64,000 nt of DNA from Actinomycetota bacterium (GTDB taxonomy: Bacteria > Actinomycetota > Actinomycetes > S36-B12 > UBA10799), in assembly GCA_020636995.1 (NCBI GenBank), contig JACJWU010000001.1:136494-200493 (forward strand). Reading direction: 5' to 3'. The position numbers and the translations under genes are program-made. This document shows, piece by piece, positions 29,475 through 40,009 of this stretch (position 1 is the stretch's first letter; each line of letters begins with the position of its first letter). Below the pieces are notes generated by a model. That model did no database searches. It was not told the origin of the DNA and saw only the letters and a list, made by a program, of their open reading frames with translations.

Positions 29475-29876
29475 TCAGAGACTCAGGGCCGCGGTCTTCG
29501 CCTCGTTCCAGCGACCCAACACGTTGCGTACCGTCGCGCCGCTGGGTCTGCCGTCGCCCTCGCGGGCCCAGGCCTGGTAGTCGGCGTAGGTGCCGGTGCT
29601 TCCAGTGGACGACAGGTACTGTGCGACAGCAGCGGCCACCGATGTGCCATCCCATTTCGGGGTGTACCGCCTCGACGTTGCGGTCGTGGTGACGCCGGCG
29701 GCCGAGCATGCTTCGCGCCAACTGCTGAATCGTTGGATGATCCGGGCCGACGACGGTCCGGCCACCTGTCGGGCCACGCCGTCGTAGGTGCCGTGGCTCA
29801 GGGGCTCACCGCAGATGCGTGCCGCTTCGCGCAGCGCGGCCAGGATCTGCTCATCGCTGAACGACTGCCTGGCCAT
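29475..29876 (-). CDS. hypothetical protein made of two tandem ~55-aa repeats resembling the homing-endonuclease-associated repeat
   Basis: ATG 29876. The internal duplication is visible: ([13 protein letters not shown]...GTYDG...[21 protein letters not shown]) and ([10 protein letters not shown]...GTYADY...[20 protein letters not shown]). The family assignment is from memory of the HNH_repeat pattern and is not verified. Confidence 0.5.
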   Translation of the reverse strand: MARQSFSDEQILAALREAARICGEPLSHGTYDGVARQVAGPSSARIIQRFSSWREACSAAGVTTTATSRRYTPKWDGTSVAAAVAQYLSSTGSTGTYADYQAWAREGDGRPSGATVRNVLGRWNEAKTAALSL

Positions 29877-30010
29877 GGGTAGACGGTAGGGGGTGTGTCG
29901 GGGCGGTGGAAACCGGAAACGGCCCACCGGACGGTCTCAGGGCGACACGCACCAACACGCCCCACGCCGGTGGCGGGTCGGTGTCGCCTCCGGCAGATAC
30001 GCTTGTCCGC

Positions 30011-32473
30011 ATGGCTTCCCGCACGTCCACGCGCGCCTCGCGGCCGAGTTCCGGCCGTTCCTCGCGTTCGAAACCCCCGGCCAAGAAGTCCACCCGATCG
30101 GGCTCGACGGCCAAGAAGTCCACGCGACGTGGTGGGGGATTCGCGGCCTTCCTGCGTGCGGTGATGCGGGCGCTGATCACGGCCTGGGTGAGCACGTCGC
30201 ACTTCGTGGGTGGTGCCGTGCGCCGCGTCGGCCACGGAGCCAGGGATCTCGATCCGGCATTGCGCCGTGACGGCCTCGGGTTGCTGTACGCGCTGCTGGC
30301 CATCGTCGTCGGCGCAGTCGCGTGGTGGGGGGCGAGGGGCGGCGTGGAGCCGGCCGTCTCCTTCGTGGTCTCGGGCGCGGTCGGAGGACTCGATGTTCTC
30401 GTTCCGGTGTTCCTGGCATGGATGTCGTGGCGCACCCTGCGCCACCCCGATAAGAGGTTCAAAGCCAACCACCTCGTAGGCGGGTTGTTGGTGGTGTTCT
30501 CAGCTGCCGGTCTGCTGCACGTCATGCGTGGAGCCGCGCAGCCGATCGACGGTCAGGAGGCGATGCGCGCCGGGGGCGGCTGGGCCGGCTGGTTGGCGAC
30601 GACTCCGTTCCTATCGCTGCTGGGTCCGGTGCTCACCGGGATCATCCTGTTCCTCGTGCTCGTGGCCGGGGTCCTGATGGCGACCGGCACATCCGTGGCC
30701 GACCTGCGTCGCCAGGCCGACGAGGTCAGGTCCGGGTCGGTCGGGACCTGGGTGAAGCAGCGGCTCGGTGGTGGCAAGGAGAAGTCCGAGCCGATCCCCG
30801 AGGATCTGGTGGGTGACGAGGCATTCGTGAGTCCCGTGGCGACCACGGCCGAGCCGGAGGAGGAGGCCACACAGCAGATCGACCTGACAGACGGTGTGCC
30901 CGTCGACGAGGACCTCACGATGGAAGTCGATCCGGCGAAGATGCTGGAGGACTTCGACATCGCAGTGGCCGAGCAGTTGCTGTTGTCCGGGGATGTCGTG
31001 TACCGGCTGCCACCACTCGACCTGCTCAAGCCCGGACCACCGCACAAGGCTGCCACGGCCGCCAACGACCAGGTGGTCGCGGCCCTCACGGGGGTGCTCG
31101 AGCAGTTCGAGGTCGACGCCAGGGTGACCGGATTCAGTCGGGGCCCGACGGTCACGCGGTATGAGGTGGAACTCGGTCCGGCGGTCAAGGTCGAGCGGGT
31201 GACCGCCCTGAGCAAGAACATCTCGTATGCGGTCAAGAGCCCCGAGGTCCGCATCCTGTCGCCGATCCCGGGCAAGTCCGCGATCGGTATCGAGATCCCC
31301 AACACCGACCGCGAGAACGTGAGCCTGTCAGACGTCCTGCGCAGTCGCGTGGCGCAATCCGACAGCCATCCCATGCTGATCGGCCTCGGCAAGGACGTCG
31401 AGGGTGGCTACGTGTGCGGCAACCTCGCGAAGATGCCGCATCTGCTGGTGGCCGGCGCGACCGGTGCCGGCAAGTCCGTGTGCATCAACACGCTGATCAC
31501 TTCGGTCCTCAGCCGTGCCACTCCGGACGAGGTGCGCATGGTCCTCATCGACCCGAAGCGGGTGGAACTCAGCATCTACGAGGGCATCCCGCACCTGATC
31601 ACCCCCATCGTCACGGATCCCAAGAAGGCCGCCGACATCCTGCAGTGGGTGGTCAAGGAGATGGAGACGCGCTACGACGACCTCGCGGCGTTCGGATTCC
31701 GGCACATCGACGACTTCAACAAGGCGGTGGCGGCCGGGACGGTGGTTCCGCCTCCGGGCACGGAGCGCACGCTCCAGCCGTACCCCTACCTGCTGATCAT
31801 CGTCGATGAGCTCGCCGACCTCATGATGGTCGCCCCCCGCGACGTGGAGGATGCGATCGTCCGGATCACGCAGTTGGCCCGCGCGGCCGGTATTCATCTG
31901 GTGCTCGCGACCCAGCGCCCGAGTGTGGACGTGGTCACCGGTCTGATCAAGGCCAATGTGCCGTCCAGGTTGGCATTCTCCACGTCGAGCCAGACCGACA
32001 GCCGGGTCATCCTGGACCAGCCGGGGGCCGAGAAGCTCATCGGCCAGGGCGACGGGCTGTTCCTGCCGATGGGTGCCAGCAAACCCATCCGGTTGCAGGG
32101 CGCGTTCGTCCCCGAGCATGAGATCCGCAGCGTTGTTGCGCACTGCAAAGCCCAGATGGCCCCGACCTACCGCGAGGACATCGCGCAGGCGCAGGGCTCG
32201 CGCGCCATCATCGACGACGACATCGGCGATGACCTGGAGCTCGTGTGCCAGGCGGCCGAGTTGATCGTGAGCACACAGTTCGGCTCGACCTCGATGCTGC
32301 AGCGCAAACTGCGGGTCGGGTTCGCGAAGGCGGGCCGCTTGATGGATCTGCTCGAAGTGCGTGGCGTGGTCGGTCCCAGCGAGGGCAGCAAGGCCCGCGA
32401 GGTGCTTGTGACTCCCGACGACCTGCCTGCGGTGATCGCGGACCTGCGCGGAGTGGGCGGCGGCCAGCCGTGA
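30011..32473 (+). CDS. ftsK: DNA translocase FtsK
   Basis: ATG 30011. It has a basic Ser/Lys-rich N-terminus, 4 TM segments, a linker, a motor domain with Walker A GATGAGKS and Walker [10 protein letters not shown], and a gamma-domain tail. Confidence 0.93.
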   Translation: MASRTSTRASRPSSGRSSRSKPPAKKSTRSGSTAKKSTRRGGGFAAFLRAVMRALITAWVSTSHFVGGAVRRVGHGARDLDPALRRDGLGLLYALLAIVVGAVAWWGARGGVEPAVSFVVSGAVGGLDVLVPVFLAWMSWRTLRHPDKRFKANHLVGGLLVVFSAAGLLHVMRGAAQPIDGQEAMRAGGGWAGWLATTPFLSLLGPVLTGIILFLVLVAGVLMATGTSVADLRRQADEVRSGSVGTWVKQRLGGGKEKSEPIPEDLVGDEAFVSPVATTAEPEEEATQQIDLTDGVPVDEDLTMEVDPAKMLEDFDIAVAEQLLLSGDVVYRLPPLDLLKPGPPHKAATAANDQVVAALTGVLEQFEVDARVTGFSRGPTVTRYEVELGPAVKVERVTALSKNISYAVKSPEVRILSPIPGKSAIGIEIPNTDRENVSLSDVLRSRVAQSDSHPMLIGLGKDVEGGYVCGNLAKMPHLLVAGATGAGKSVCINTLITSVLSRATPDEVRMVLIDPKRVELSIYEGIPHLITPIVTDPKKAADILQWVVKEMETRYDDLAAFGFRHIDDFNKAVAAGTVVPPPGTERTLQPYPYLLIIVDELADLMMVAPRDVEDAIVRITQLARAAGIHLVLATQRPSVDVVTGLIKANVPSRLAFSTSSQTDSRVILDQPGAEKLIGQGDGLFLPMGASKPIRLQGAFVPEHEIRSVVAHCKAQMAPTYREDIAQAQGSRAIIDDDIGDDLELVCQAAELIVSTQFGSTSMLQRKLRVGFAKAGRLMDLLEVRGVVGPSEGSKAREVLVTPDDLPAVIADLRGVGGGQP

Positions 32474-33798
32474 CCCGGCCGTCGGTCGCCATCATCACCC
32501 TCGGTTGTGCCCGCAACGAAGTGGACTCCGAGGAATTGGCGGCCGACCTGGCCCGTGACGGGTGGGACCTGGTGCCGGATCCACAGGATGCCGACACCGT
32601 CCTGGTGAACACCTGCGGTTTCATCGAGGCCGCCAAGAGGGATTCGATCGACGTGGTCCTGGACGCAGCAGAACTCCCGGGGAAAGTTGTGGCGGTGGGG
32701 TGCATGGCTGAGCGCTACGGCGAGCAGTTGCAGGAGTCCCTGCCCGAGGCGGATGCGGTCCTGGGGTTCGACGCATACCGGGATCTGCCGAGGTCCCTGC
32801 GCAAAATCCTGGCCGGTGAACACGTCCCGTCGCACACCCCCCACGATCGGCGACGGCTGCAACCCTCGGCGCCGGTCGACCGCTCTGCGGATCTCACAGT
32901 CCTGCCGGGACACATTGGGGTTCGCAGGCGACTGTCGGAGGGGGCGGTGGCCTCGGTGAAACTCGCATCCGGCTGCGACCGGCGGTGCACGTTCTGTGCG
33001 ATCCCGTCGTTCCGGGGTGCGTTCGTCTCGCGACGCCCGACGGAGGTGATCGATGAGGTGGCGTGGTTGGTCGACCAAGGGGTTCTCGAGGTGAATCTGG
33101 TGAGCGAGAACTCCACGTCGTACGGCAAGGACCTCGGCGACCTGCGACTGCTGGAAAGCCTCCTGCTGGACCTCGCCGGTACCCCCGGGCTCGAGCGGGT
33201 CCGGGTGGCCTACCTGCAGCCCGCGGAGATGCGCCCGGACCTGGTGCGGATCATCGGCAGCACGGTAGGTGTGGCCCCGTACTTCGATCTGTCGTTCCAG
33301 CACGCGAGCCCCGAGGTCCTTCGCAGGATGCGGCGGTTCGGCGGTCGCGATGACTTCCTGGCGTTGATCGACCAGATCCGGGACGTGAACCCCGCGGCAG
33401 CCATCCGGTCCAACTTCATCGTGGGGTTCCCCGGTGAGACCCCGGCGGACGTCGATGTGCTCGTGGACTTCCTGAACCGGGCCCGGCTGGACGCGGTCGG
33501 CGTGTTCGGGTACTCCGACGAGGAGGGTACGCAAGCGGTGGACCTGCCCGAACACCTCGACGCGGACGAGATCGACGTTCGCGTCGACCTCGTGGCCGGA
33601 GTCGCCGATGAGGTCATGGGCCAACGCGCGGCGCAGCGGGTGGGCGAATCCGTGCGGGTTCTCGTGGATGCCGGCAAGACGCAGTTCCAAGGACCGGAGG
33701 ACGGCTCGACTCGCCTCGTGGGCAGCGCGGATGCGGCTGTGGTGGTGGCTCGTGTGGTGGATTCCGAAGGGGCGGATCTGGTAGCAGAGATCTCATGA
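32470..33798 (+). CDS. rimO: ribosomal protein S12 methylthiotransferase RimO
   Basis: GTG with a GTGA overlap on ftsK. It has an N-terminal UPF0004 Cys triad (LGCARN...), a radical-SAM CDRRCTFC motif and a TRAM-like end. Confidence 0.85.
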   Translation: MTRPSVAIITLGCARNEVDSEELAADLARDGWDLVPDPQDADTVLVNTCGFIEAAKRDSIDVVLDAAELPGKVVAVGCMAERYGEQLQESLPEADAVLGFDAYRDLPRSLRKILAGEHVPSHTPHDRRRLQPSAPVDRSADLTVLPGHIGVRRRLSEGAVASVKLASGCDRRCTFCAIPSFRGAFVSRRPTEVIDEVAWLVDQGVLEVNLVSENSTSYGKDLGDLRLLESLLLDLAGTPGLERVRVAYLQPAEMRPDLVRIIGSTVGVAPYFDLSFQHASPEVLRRMRRFGGRDDFLALIDQIRDVNPAAAIRSNFIVGFPGETPADVDVLVDFLNRARLDAVGVFGYSDEEGTQAVDLPEHLDADEIDVRVDLVAGVADEVMGQRAAQRVGESVRVLVDAGKTQFQGPEDGSTRLVGSADAAVVVARVVDSEGADLVAEIS

Positions 33799-34445
33799 TG
33801 AGCGAACAGCAGCGGCGTTGGGGCCGACCCGACCCGATGGCGGACCCGCCGAGTCCGTCACGGCTGTGGAACCTGCCCAACGGCCTGACGATGCTGCGGC
33901 TACTTCTGGTGCCGGTCTTCGGCTACCTGTTGCTGGTCGACTCCGGGCAGTCCGAGCGCTCCCGCTGGCTGGCGGCCCTGGTGTTCGTGGTGGCCAGTGC
34001 CACCGACCTCGCCGACGGCGCGATCGCCCGCAAGCGCAACCTCGTGACAACGTTCGGCAAGGTGGCCGACCCGATCGCGGACAAGGCGCTCACAGGAGTC
34101 GCCCTGCTCGGCCTGAGTTGGCTCGGTGAACTGTCCTGGTGGGTCACGATCGTGATCCTGGGCCGCGAGATCACCATCACCCTGGCGAGGTTCTTCGTCA
34201 TCCGGCACGGAGTCATCCCGGCCAGTCGCGGGGGCAAGGCCAAGACCGTCACACAGATGCTGGCGATCCTGCTCTACATCATTCCCGTCGGCGGCTGGGT
34301 TGCGGATGTTCGAGGATGGGTCATGCTTGTCGCCGTGGCCCTCACGGTGTTGACAGGTGTCGACTACCTGGTGCGGGCGGTGAACCTGCGGAGGAACAGT
34401 GAACGGACCGCGATGAAGAAGGCACGACGTGCTGAGGGCGCCTGA
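33795..34445 (+). CDS. pgsA: CDP-diacylglycerol--glycerol-3-phosphate 3-phosphatidyltransferase
   Basis: CDP-alcohol phosphatidyltransferase motif [12 protein letters not shown]...[10 protein letters not shown]. It is a membrane protein whose start overlaps the rimO stop. Confidence 0.85.
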   Translation: MMSEQQRRWGRPDPMADPPSPSRLWNLPNGLTMLRLLLVPVFGYLLLVDSGQSERSRWLAALVFVVASATDLADGAIARKRNLVTTFGKVADPIADKALTGVALLGLSWLGELSWWVTIVILGREITITLARFFVIRHGVIPASRGGKAKTVTQMLAILLYIIPVGGWVADVRGWVMLVAVALTVLTGVDYLVRAVNLRRNSERTAMKKARRAEGA

Positions 34446-34917
34446 GTTGCTCGCGGTCCTCAAGACGCGTGGCGAGACCGTGGCCACCGTGGAGTCTCTG
34501 ACCGGTGGTCTGTTGTGCGCGTCGTTGACCGATGTCCCCGGCGCCTCGCAGGTTGTGCGGGGTGGGGTGGTGGCCTACACACTCGACGCCAAGCGTGATG
34601 TCGTGGCCGTCGATCCGGACATCCTGCGTGAGCACGGTGCAGTGTCCGCGCAGGCCGCGACCGCGTTGGCAGACCGGATCCTGGCGATCTTCGGCTCGAC
34701 ATGGGCGGTGAGCACCACGGGTGTGGCAGGGCCGGCCGAGCAGGAGGGCAAACCCGCCGGGACGGTGTTCATCGGCCTGGCAGGACCCCACCGCGAGGTC
34801 CTTGCGCTGCACCTCGAGGGCGACCGCTACGACGTCCGGCATCAGACGTGCGAGGCCGCTGTGGAACTTCTTCTCCGTGCTGTGGAATACGAACGGGAGG
34901 CTGTTTCGTTGGAGTAA
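34429..34917 (+). CDS. CinA C-terminal-domain / nicotinamide-nucleotide amidohydrolase (PncC-like) protein
   Basis: 162 aa with the [10 protein letters not shown]...GGVVAY...STTGVAGP...GTVFIG pattern. Confidence 0.8.
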   Translation: MLRAPELLAVLKTRGETVATVESLTGGLLCASLTDVPGASQVVRGGVVAYTLDAKRDVVAVDPDILREHGAVSAQAATALADRILAIFGSTWAVSTTGVAGPAEQEGKPAGTVFIGLAGPHREVLALHLEGDRYDVRHQTCEAAVELLLRAVEYEREAVSLE

Positions 34918-34996
34918 ATGTGTCGTTAACAGTGCCTGTGTGCAGGTGCTGATGTCACAGGCATCGATTACAGTCGAGCCAACGAAAGGAGGAGAG

Positions 34997-35236
34997 ATGG
35001 TCGTACTGCGACAGATCGTGGGCGATGAGTTGCGCCGGCGGCGCATGGATCAGGGCAGGACTCTGCGCGATGTATCGACGTCCGCGCGCGTATCCCTCGG
35101 CTATCTCTCCGAGGTCGAGCGTGGGCAGAAGGAGGCATCCAGCGAACTGCTGGCAGCCATCTGCGGAGCGCTGGAAGTTCCGTTGAGCGAGGTCATGCGC
35201 TCGGTCAGCGACAACGCTGCCCGCGCCGGCAACTGA
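34997..35236 (+). CDS. clgR: XRE-family HTH transcriptional regulator, ClgR-like
   Basis: ATG 34997 is preceded by AAGGAGGAG. The 79-aa protein carries the [31 protein letters not shown]. The pgsA-cinA-clgR synteny matches that of M. tuberculosis Rv2746c-Rv2745c. Confidence 0.75.
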   Translation: MVVLRQIVGDELRRRRMDQGRTLRDVSTSARVSLGYLSEVERGQKEASSELLAAICGALEVPLSEVMRSVSDNAARAGN

Positions 35237-38200
35237 TCATCGCAAGCCTGACGGTGTGAGGCGGAAGCCCGCCTCGACCAGGTTGTCCCGCCACACGGAC
35301 GTGAACACGTCATCGCCATTGATCTTCTTGATCAGTGCCCGGGTCCGCCGGCTTGTCAGTTGCTCGCGCAGTGTGTGCCAGGCGTGCGCCTGGGGCTGGC
35401 CCCATACCAGCAGCGACCGGGCTGTGGCGTCGACGTAGAACTGTGGTCCATCCTCTGCCAGCAGCACGAGTGCCCCCGCCTTGCGCATCGGCCGCGTGCC
35501 GGGCACCTCCGGCCACGCGACGGTGACTCCCAGCGGATTGGCCGGATCCGTGGCGGCCAGCAGGACGGGTTGCGTGGATCGGGACTGGCGCAACTGCTCC
35601 AAGGCCGCCGGTGTCGCGAACTGGGCCCCGCCCAGGCCCTGCACGGCATAGACCTGCTGACAGCGTCCCGCATCGTCGAGGCGACGCAGCACGGAGAACA
35701 AGGCGTGGAATCCGCCCGGTATGCGTTCGCCGCCGACGGCGGTGCGGTCCACCACCCCGTACCGCCGCAGAAGCGTCTCAGCCCACAGCACGCCGCGATC
35801 GGGTGCCCCCGGCCGGTGGATGGCAGACCATCGTCCCGGCATGGGCAAGGTGCGCGCTCGCCGGTTGCGATGTGGTCGGGTGCCGCCCCGCTGTCTGCGC
35901 AGCGGCTCCAGCGAGTCGTTGGTCACCATCGACCGCCACACCAGCCCCCACAGGCCGGCCTCCAGAGAATCCGCACCCAGGTCTGGCAGTCGCGAACAGA
36001 TGTCGCGGAAGAACCATCCGCCGCCGCCGCCGATGACGGCCCAGATCGCCTCTTCATCGTCGCTGAGATCGTCGGTGTCGGGCGTCGGTAGCAGATCCTC
36101 CTGCCCGGCCGGGACGAAAGTGATCAGCGCATCCCTGGCCCCGAGGCGGCCGGCCCCGCACCAGGTCAGTTCACCGGCGGCAGTGGCCTGGTCGAGCATG
36201 TGCGGCGCAAAGTCGCTGACCCGCAGCGGGAGCACGTCCTGTTCCCATACGGTGGCGGCCGCCACGTAGCCCGCGAGTCGCTCCACCGCGCCCATCAAGC
36301 CCGCAGTGCCGCGGCCCGGCGAACCCAGGGCGTGCCAGCGGGGCAGGAACGTGCACAACCGCTCCACCGGCACCGGTTCCTGCGCCCCGCGCAGGATGGC
36401 GGCAGCGCGCCGCCGTATCCGCTGCAGGACCTCGGGTTCGACCCACTGGCCTTCCGTGCGGGTGGCGCTGAAGCGTCCCCAGCGCAACTGCCCGCGCTCC
36501 TGACGCTGGCGCAGCAACTGCTCGACGAGCGCCAGGCCGAGTCCGAGGTGGTCGGAGACGTCCCGGGAACTGAAGGGTCCATGCGTACGTGCGTACCGGC
36601 TGATCAGGTCGCCCACCGGATCGGCGACGGGCTCGGTGAACGCCAGCGGAACCTCCGGCGGCAGGACCACCCCGAGCGCGTCGCGCAGCCGGGGGAGGTC
36701 CTCCACGGCGGCCAGAACCTGCGCACCGCGCACCCGGACGGTGAATGCGCGACGGGTCCGGACGGCGGTGGTCACCAACTCCGGGTCGATCTGCCTGCTC
36801 GCGAGGTCGTCATCGCTCTGAAAACCGACTTCGCGCAGGAGGTCGGTCAGCCGGTCCACCGATGTGACCCGACCGACGGCACGCCACTGCAGTTCGTCCT
36901 CGACCGCGTCGATCGCCTCCTGCGGGATGATCGAGCGCAGGTCGGCGTCGGACAGGAGGTCGGCCAGCAGCGCATGATCGAGCTCCAATGCCGACGCCTG
37001 CTGTCCCACGGGGTTGTCCGCCTCGTACATGAACACCGAGATGTAGGAGAACATCTGGGACGCAGCCATGGGACTGGCCGTTGCGGTCTCCACGGTCTCC
37101 ATGCCGATCAGACCGTCGCGCAGCCCGGACAGCACCTGCCGCAGGGCGGGCACGTCGTACACATCGTCCAGGCACTCCCGGACCGCTTCGAGCACCATCG
37201 GAAAACTCGGGTAGTCAGCGGCCACGGACAGCAGTTGCGCTGAACGTTGGCGTTGCTGCCACAACGGTGTGCGTCGGCCCGGGGCGTTGCGGGTGAGCAG
37301 CAGGGCACGACTGGAGCACTCGCGGAACTTCGCCGCGAAGATGGCACTGCGGGTGATCTCGCGGGTCAGCAGCGAGGTGACGTCGTCGGGGTCCACCAGC
37401 AGCGCGTCGTACAACGCGTCCCACCAGCCCTGGTCCTGATCGGTGTCCAGCAGTCGCAGGACCAGTCCGTCGTCGGTGGCCATGACGTCGGCATCGACGC
37501 CCAGGCGTGCGGTCAATTCAGCGGAGACAAGCAGAGCCCACGGAGCGGTCACCCGAGCCCCCCAGGGCGCATGCACCACCATGCGCCAGTCGCCGATCTC
37601 GTCGCGGAACCGTTCGACCACGACCCGCCGGTCGGTGGGCAGGACCCCGGTGGCCGCGAGTTGCTCGGTCAGGTACGAGACCAGGTTGTCGCGGGCGAAT
37701 CCGCCCAGATCCGAACCGACGTGATCGGGCAGCCGCTTGCCGGCCGTCTCCGCCTGCCGCAGGTACGCGCCGATGGCCTCACCCATTTCGAATGATCGCC
37801 CTTGGGCGTCGGCGTGCCAGAAGGGCAACTTGCCGGGCCGACCAGGGGCCGGGGTGACCAGTACCCGGTCATGGGTGATCTCCTCGATCCGCCACGACGA
37901 CGCCCCCAGCGAGATCACGTCGCCCACCCGCGACTCGTAGACCATCTCCTCATCGAGTTCGCCGACCCGGGAGTCCTTTGTGCCGACGATGAAGACCGGG
38001 AACAGGCCGCGGTCGGGGATCGTGCCACCTGAGATGACCGCGGTGCGCTGCGCGCCCTGCCGGGCGGTGAGCATGCCCGACGTGCGGTCCCACACCACAC
38101 GTGGACGCAGTTGGGCGAAGTCGTCCGAGGGGTAGCGCCCGCTGAGCATGTCCAATACCGCTTCGAACGCCGAGCGTGGCAGATGTCTGTACCCGGAGGC

Positions 38201-39580
38201 GCTGGTGACCACGTCGAAGAGCTCGTCGGTGTGCCAGTCGGCCATGGCCACCATCGCCACGATCTGCTGGCTGAGCACATCGAGGGGGTGTCGAGGCACG
38301 CGGGTGGCTTCGATACGTCCCGCGCGCATCTGCTGAACGGCGACGGTGGTGGCCAGCAGGTCGGCGCGGTGGGTGGGGAAGAACACCCCCTTGCTCACCG
38401 CGTCCAGGCGGTGCCCCGCGCGGCCGAGTCGCTGCAGTCCCGACGCGCTGGAGGGTGGACAACCCACCTGCACCATCAGGTCGATGCTGCCCATGTCGAT
38501 GCCGAGTTCCAGGCTGCTCGTGGCGACGACCGCGGGCAGCCGACCGGCTTTGAGCGCGTCCTCGATCAGGGCGCGCTCGGACTTGCTCACCGAACCGTGG
38601 TGGGCCCGTGCCACGACCTGTTCGGAACCGCGGGCGGTCCCGGCCATGGCCATCATCTCGGCGGGGAAGGCATCGTCGGCGGGCTCGTCGGCGGCGAGCT
38701 CATTGAGTCGGCTCGACAGCCGTTCGCACACCCGCCGGGAGTTGGTGAAGACGATGGTCGAGGTGTGCTCCTCGATCAGGCGCAGAACCGAGGACTCGAC
38801 CGCGGGCCAAATGGAGGCGCGGCGCGGGCCACCGTCCTCGGGTTCGTCGAACGTCGTCATGTCCGGCAGGGGCACGGCCAGTTGCAGGTCCATGGCTTTG
38901 GTGGTCGGGGGCTGGACGATCCGCACGTCGTGGCCGGCGTGCAGGTACTCGGCCACGGCGTCGACCGGCGTGATGGTTGCCGACAGTCCGATGCGCTGTG
39001 CCGGGTGTGCTGTGAGCAGGTCCAGTCGCGCCAGCGACAGGCTCAAATGGGAACCCCGTTTCGTGCCCGCCACCGAGTGGATCTCGTCGATGATGACGGT
39101 CTCGACATCGGCGAGGAACGCGCCGGCCCGGGAGGTGAGCAGCAGGAAGAGGCTCTCGGGGGTGGTGATCAGGATGTCCGGTGGGGTTCGTGCCATCCGT
39201 TGCCGTTCCGCGGCCGGTGTGTCCGCGGTCCGGATGGCGGTGCGGATCACCGGCGGCGTCTGTCCCGCACCGCGGGCAGCGCGCTCGATGCCGGCAAGCG
39301 GGGCGCGCAGGTTGCGCTCCACGTCGCTGGCCAGCGCCCGCAAGGGTGAGATGTAGAGGACTCGGCAGCCATGACCCGGCTGGGTGACGAGCCGATCGAG
39401 TGCCCACAGGAAGGCCGCCAGGGTCTTGCCGGAACCGGTGGGGGAGACCACGAGGGTGTCCGCGCCGGAGCCGATCGCCTGCCACGCCTGTTCCTGAACC
39501 TGGGTCGGGGCCGCGAATGCCTCGGAGAACCACGCACGCGTGGCGGCACCCATCTGGGGACGGTCTGGCACATCGTTCAT
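35237..39580 (-). CDS. lhr: Lhr-family large ATP-dependent DNA/RNA helicase
   Basis: ~1447 aa with superfamily-2 motifs VSPTGSGKTLAAF and IIDEIHSV (DEIH) and a long C-terminal extension typical of Lhr. The chosen start is ATG 39580. Confidence 0.88.
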   Translation of the reverse strand: MNDVPDRPQMGAATRAWFSEAFAAPTQVQEQAWQAIGSGADTLVVSPTGSGKTLAAFLWALDRLVTQPGHGCRVLYISPLRALASDVERNLRAPLAGIERAARGAGQTPPVIRTAIRTADTPAAERQRMARTPPDILITTPESLFLLLTSRAGAFLADVETVIIDEIHSVAGTKRGSHLSLSLARLDLLTAHPAQRIGLSATITPVDAVAEYLHAGHDVRIVQPPTTKAMDLQLAVPLPDMTTFDEPEDGGPRRASIWPAVESSVLRLIEEHTSTIVFTNSRRVCERLSSRLNELAADEPADDAFPAEMMAMAGTARGSEQVVARAHHGSVSKSERALIEDALKAGRLPAVVATSSLELGIDMGSIDLMVQVGCPPSSASGLQRLGRAGHRLDAVSKGVFFPTHRADLLATTVAVQQMRAGRIEATRVPRHPLDVLSQQIVAMVAMADWHTDELFDVVTSASGYRHLPRSAFEAVLDMLSGRYPSDDFAQLRPRVVWDRTSGMLTARQGAQRTAVISGGTIPDRGLFPVFIVGTKDSRVGELDEEMVYESRVGDVISLGASSWRIEEITHDRVLVTPAPGRPGKLPFWHADAQGRSFEMGEAIGAYLRQAETAGKRLPDHVGSDLGGFARDNLVSYLTEQLAATGVLPTDRRVVVERFRDEIGDWRMVVHAPWGARVTAPWALLVSAELTARLGVDADVMATDDGLVLRLLDTDQDQGWWDALYDALLVDPDDVTSLLTREITRSAIFAAKFRECSSRALLLTRNAPGRRTPLWQQRQRSAQLLSVAADYPSFPMVLEAVRECLDDVYDVPALRQVLSGLRDGLIGMETVETATASPMAASQMFSYISVFMYEADNPVGQQASALELDHALLADLLSDADLRSIIPQEAIDAVEDELQWRAVGRVTSVDRLTDLLREVGFQSDDDLASRQIDPELVTTAVRTRRAFTVRVRGAQVLAAVEDLPRLRDALGVVLPPEVPLAFTEPVADPVGDLISRYARTHGPFSSRDVSDHLGLGLALVEQLLRQRQERGQLRWGRFSATRTEGQWVEPEVLQRIRRRAAAILRGAQEPVPVERLCTFLPRWHALGSPGRGTAGLMGAVERLAGYVAAATVWEQDVLPLRVSDFAPHMLDQATAAGELTWCGAGRLGARDALITFVPAGQEDLLPTPDTDDLSDDEEAIWAVIGGGGGWFFRDICSRLPDLGADSLEAGLWGLVWRSMVTNDSLEPLRRQRGGTRPHRNRRARTLPMPGRWSAIHRPGAPDRGVLWAETLLRRYGVVDRTAVGGERIPGGFHALFSVLRRLDDAGRCQQVYAVQGLGGAQFATPAALEQLRQSRSTQPVLLAATDPANPLGVTVAWPEVPGTRPMRKAGALVLLAEDGPQFYVDATARSLLVWGQPQAHAWHTLREQLTSRRTRALIKKINGDDVFTSVWRDNLVEAGFRLTPSGLR

Positions 39581-39665
39581 TGTGCACCGGCCCGCGACAT
39601 CGGCATCAGCGGTCGCACGGCTGCCGGGGGCAGTCGGCCCGGTCACCTGCTGGCACACTGTCGGG

Positions 39666-39860
39666 GTGCGGTTGACGGAGTTCTGGGCCCGGATGGAACA
39701 GGTGCTGGGTGCGGGGTACTACGCATCGTGGGCGCACGATCACGTTCTGGGCGAACTCGCCGGCCGCACAGTCGAGCAGGCGTTGCGCGATGGCGAGGAT
39801 GCGAAAGCGGTCTGGCGGGCCGTCGTCGCCAATCTCGGATTGCCACCCACGTATCGCTGA
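39666..39860 (+). CDS. DUF3046-family small protein (conserved upstream partner of recA)
   Basis: GTG 39666 gives VRLTEFWARMEQVLG...AKAVWRAVV, ~64 aa. It occupies the same position as Rv2738c in M. tuberculosis. Confidence 0.7.
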   Translation: MRLTEFWARMEQVLGAGYYASWAHDHVLGELAGRTVEQALRDGEDAKAVWRAVVANLGLPPTYR

Positions 39861-39884
39861 TCGTCGGCGTGTCGTTGTGGCAAC

Positions 39885-39900
39885 TCGAACAGGCGTTCGT
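39885..39900. promoter_or_regulatory. LexA (SOS) box TCGAACAGGCGTTCGT upstream of recA
   Basis: Matches the actinobacterial consensus TCGAAC-N4-GTTCGA at 11/12 positions, 110 nt upstream of recA. Confidence 0.8.
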
Positions 39901-39936
39901 TACTGTTGTCCACAGGTCGGGCGCGGCTGGCCCTCA

Positions 39937-39959
39937 ATGTCGCACCGCCTGGGTAGCGT
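39937..39959 (+). promoter_or_regulatory. RecA-NDp-like (PafBC-type) promoter candidate ATGTCGCAC-N8-TAGCGT
   Basis: The TGTCG core and TAnnnT hexamer sit at the published spacing (tTGTCRgtg-N8-TAnnnT). The weakly conserved gtg is not matched. It lies 50 nt upstream of the recA ATG. Confidence 0.45.
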
Positions 39960-40009
39960 CGCAGACGTAGCCCACGCAACAGCGGCACACAGCGGAAGGA
40001 ACCACCGAG

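Noticed and set aside
39581-39665. RecA-NDp/PafBC-type promoter for lhr (minus strand ATGTCGCGG-N8-ACAATG)
   Set aside because: The TGTCG core is present, but the -10 position reads ACAATG where TAnnnT is expected, and it would overlap the start codon. This is insufficient.
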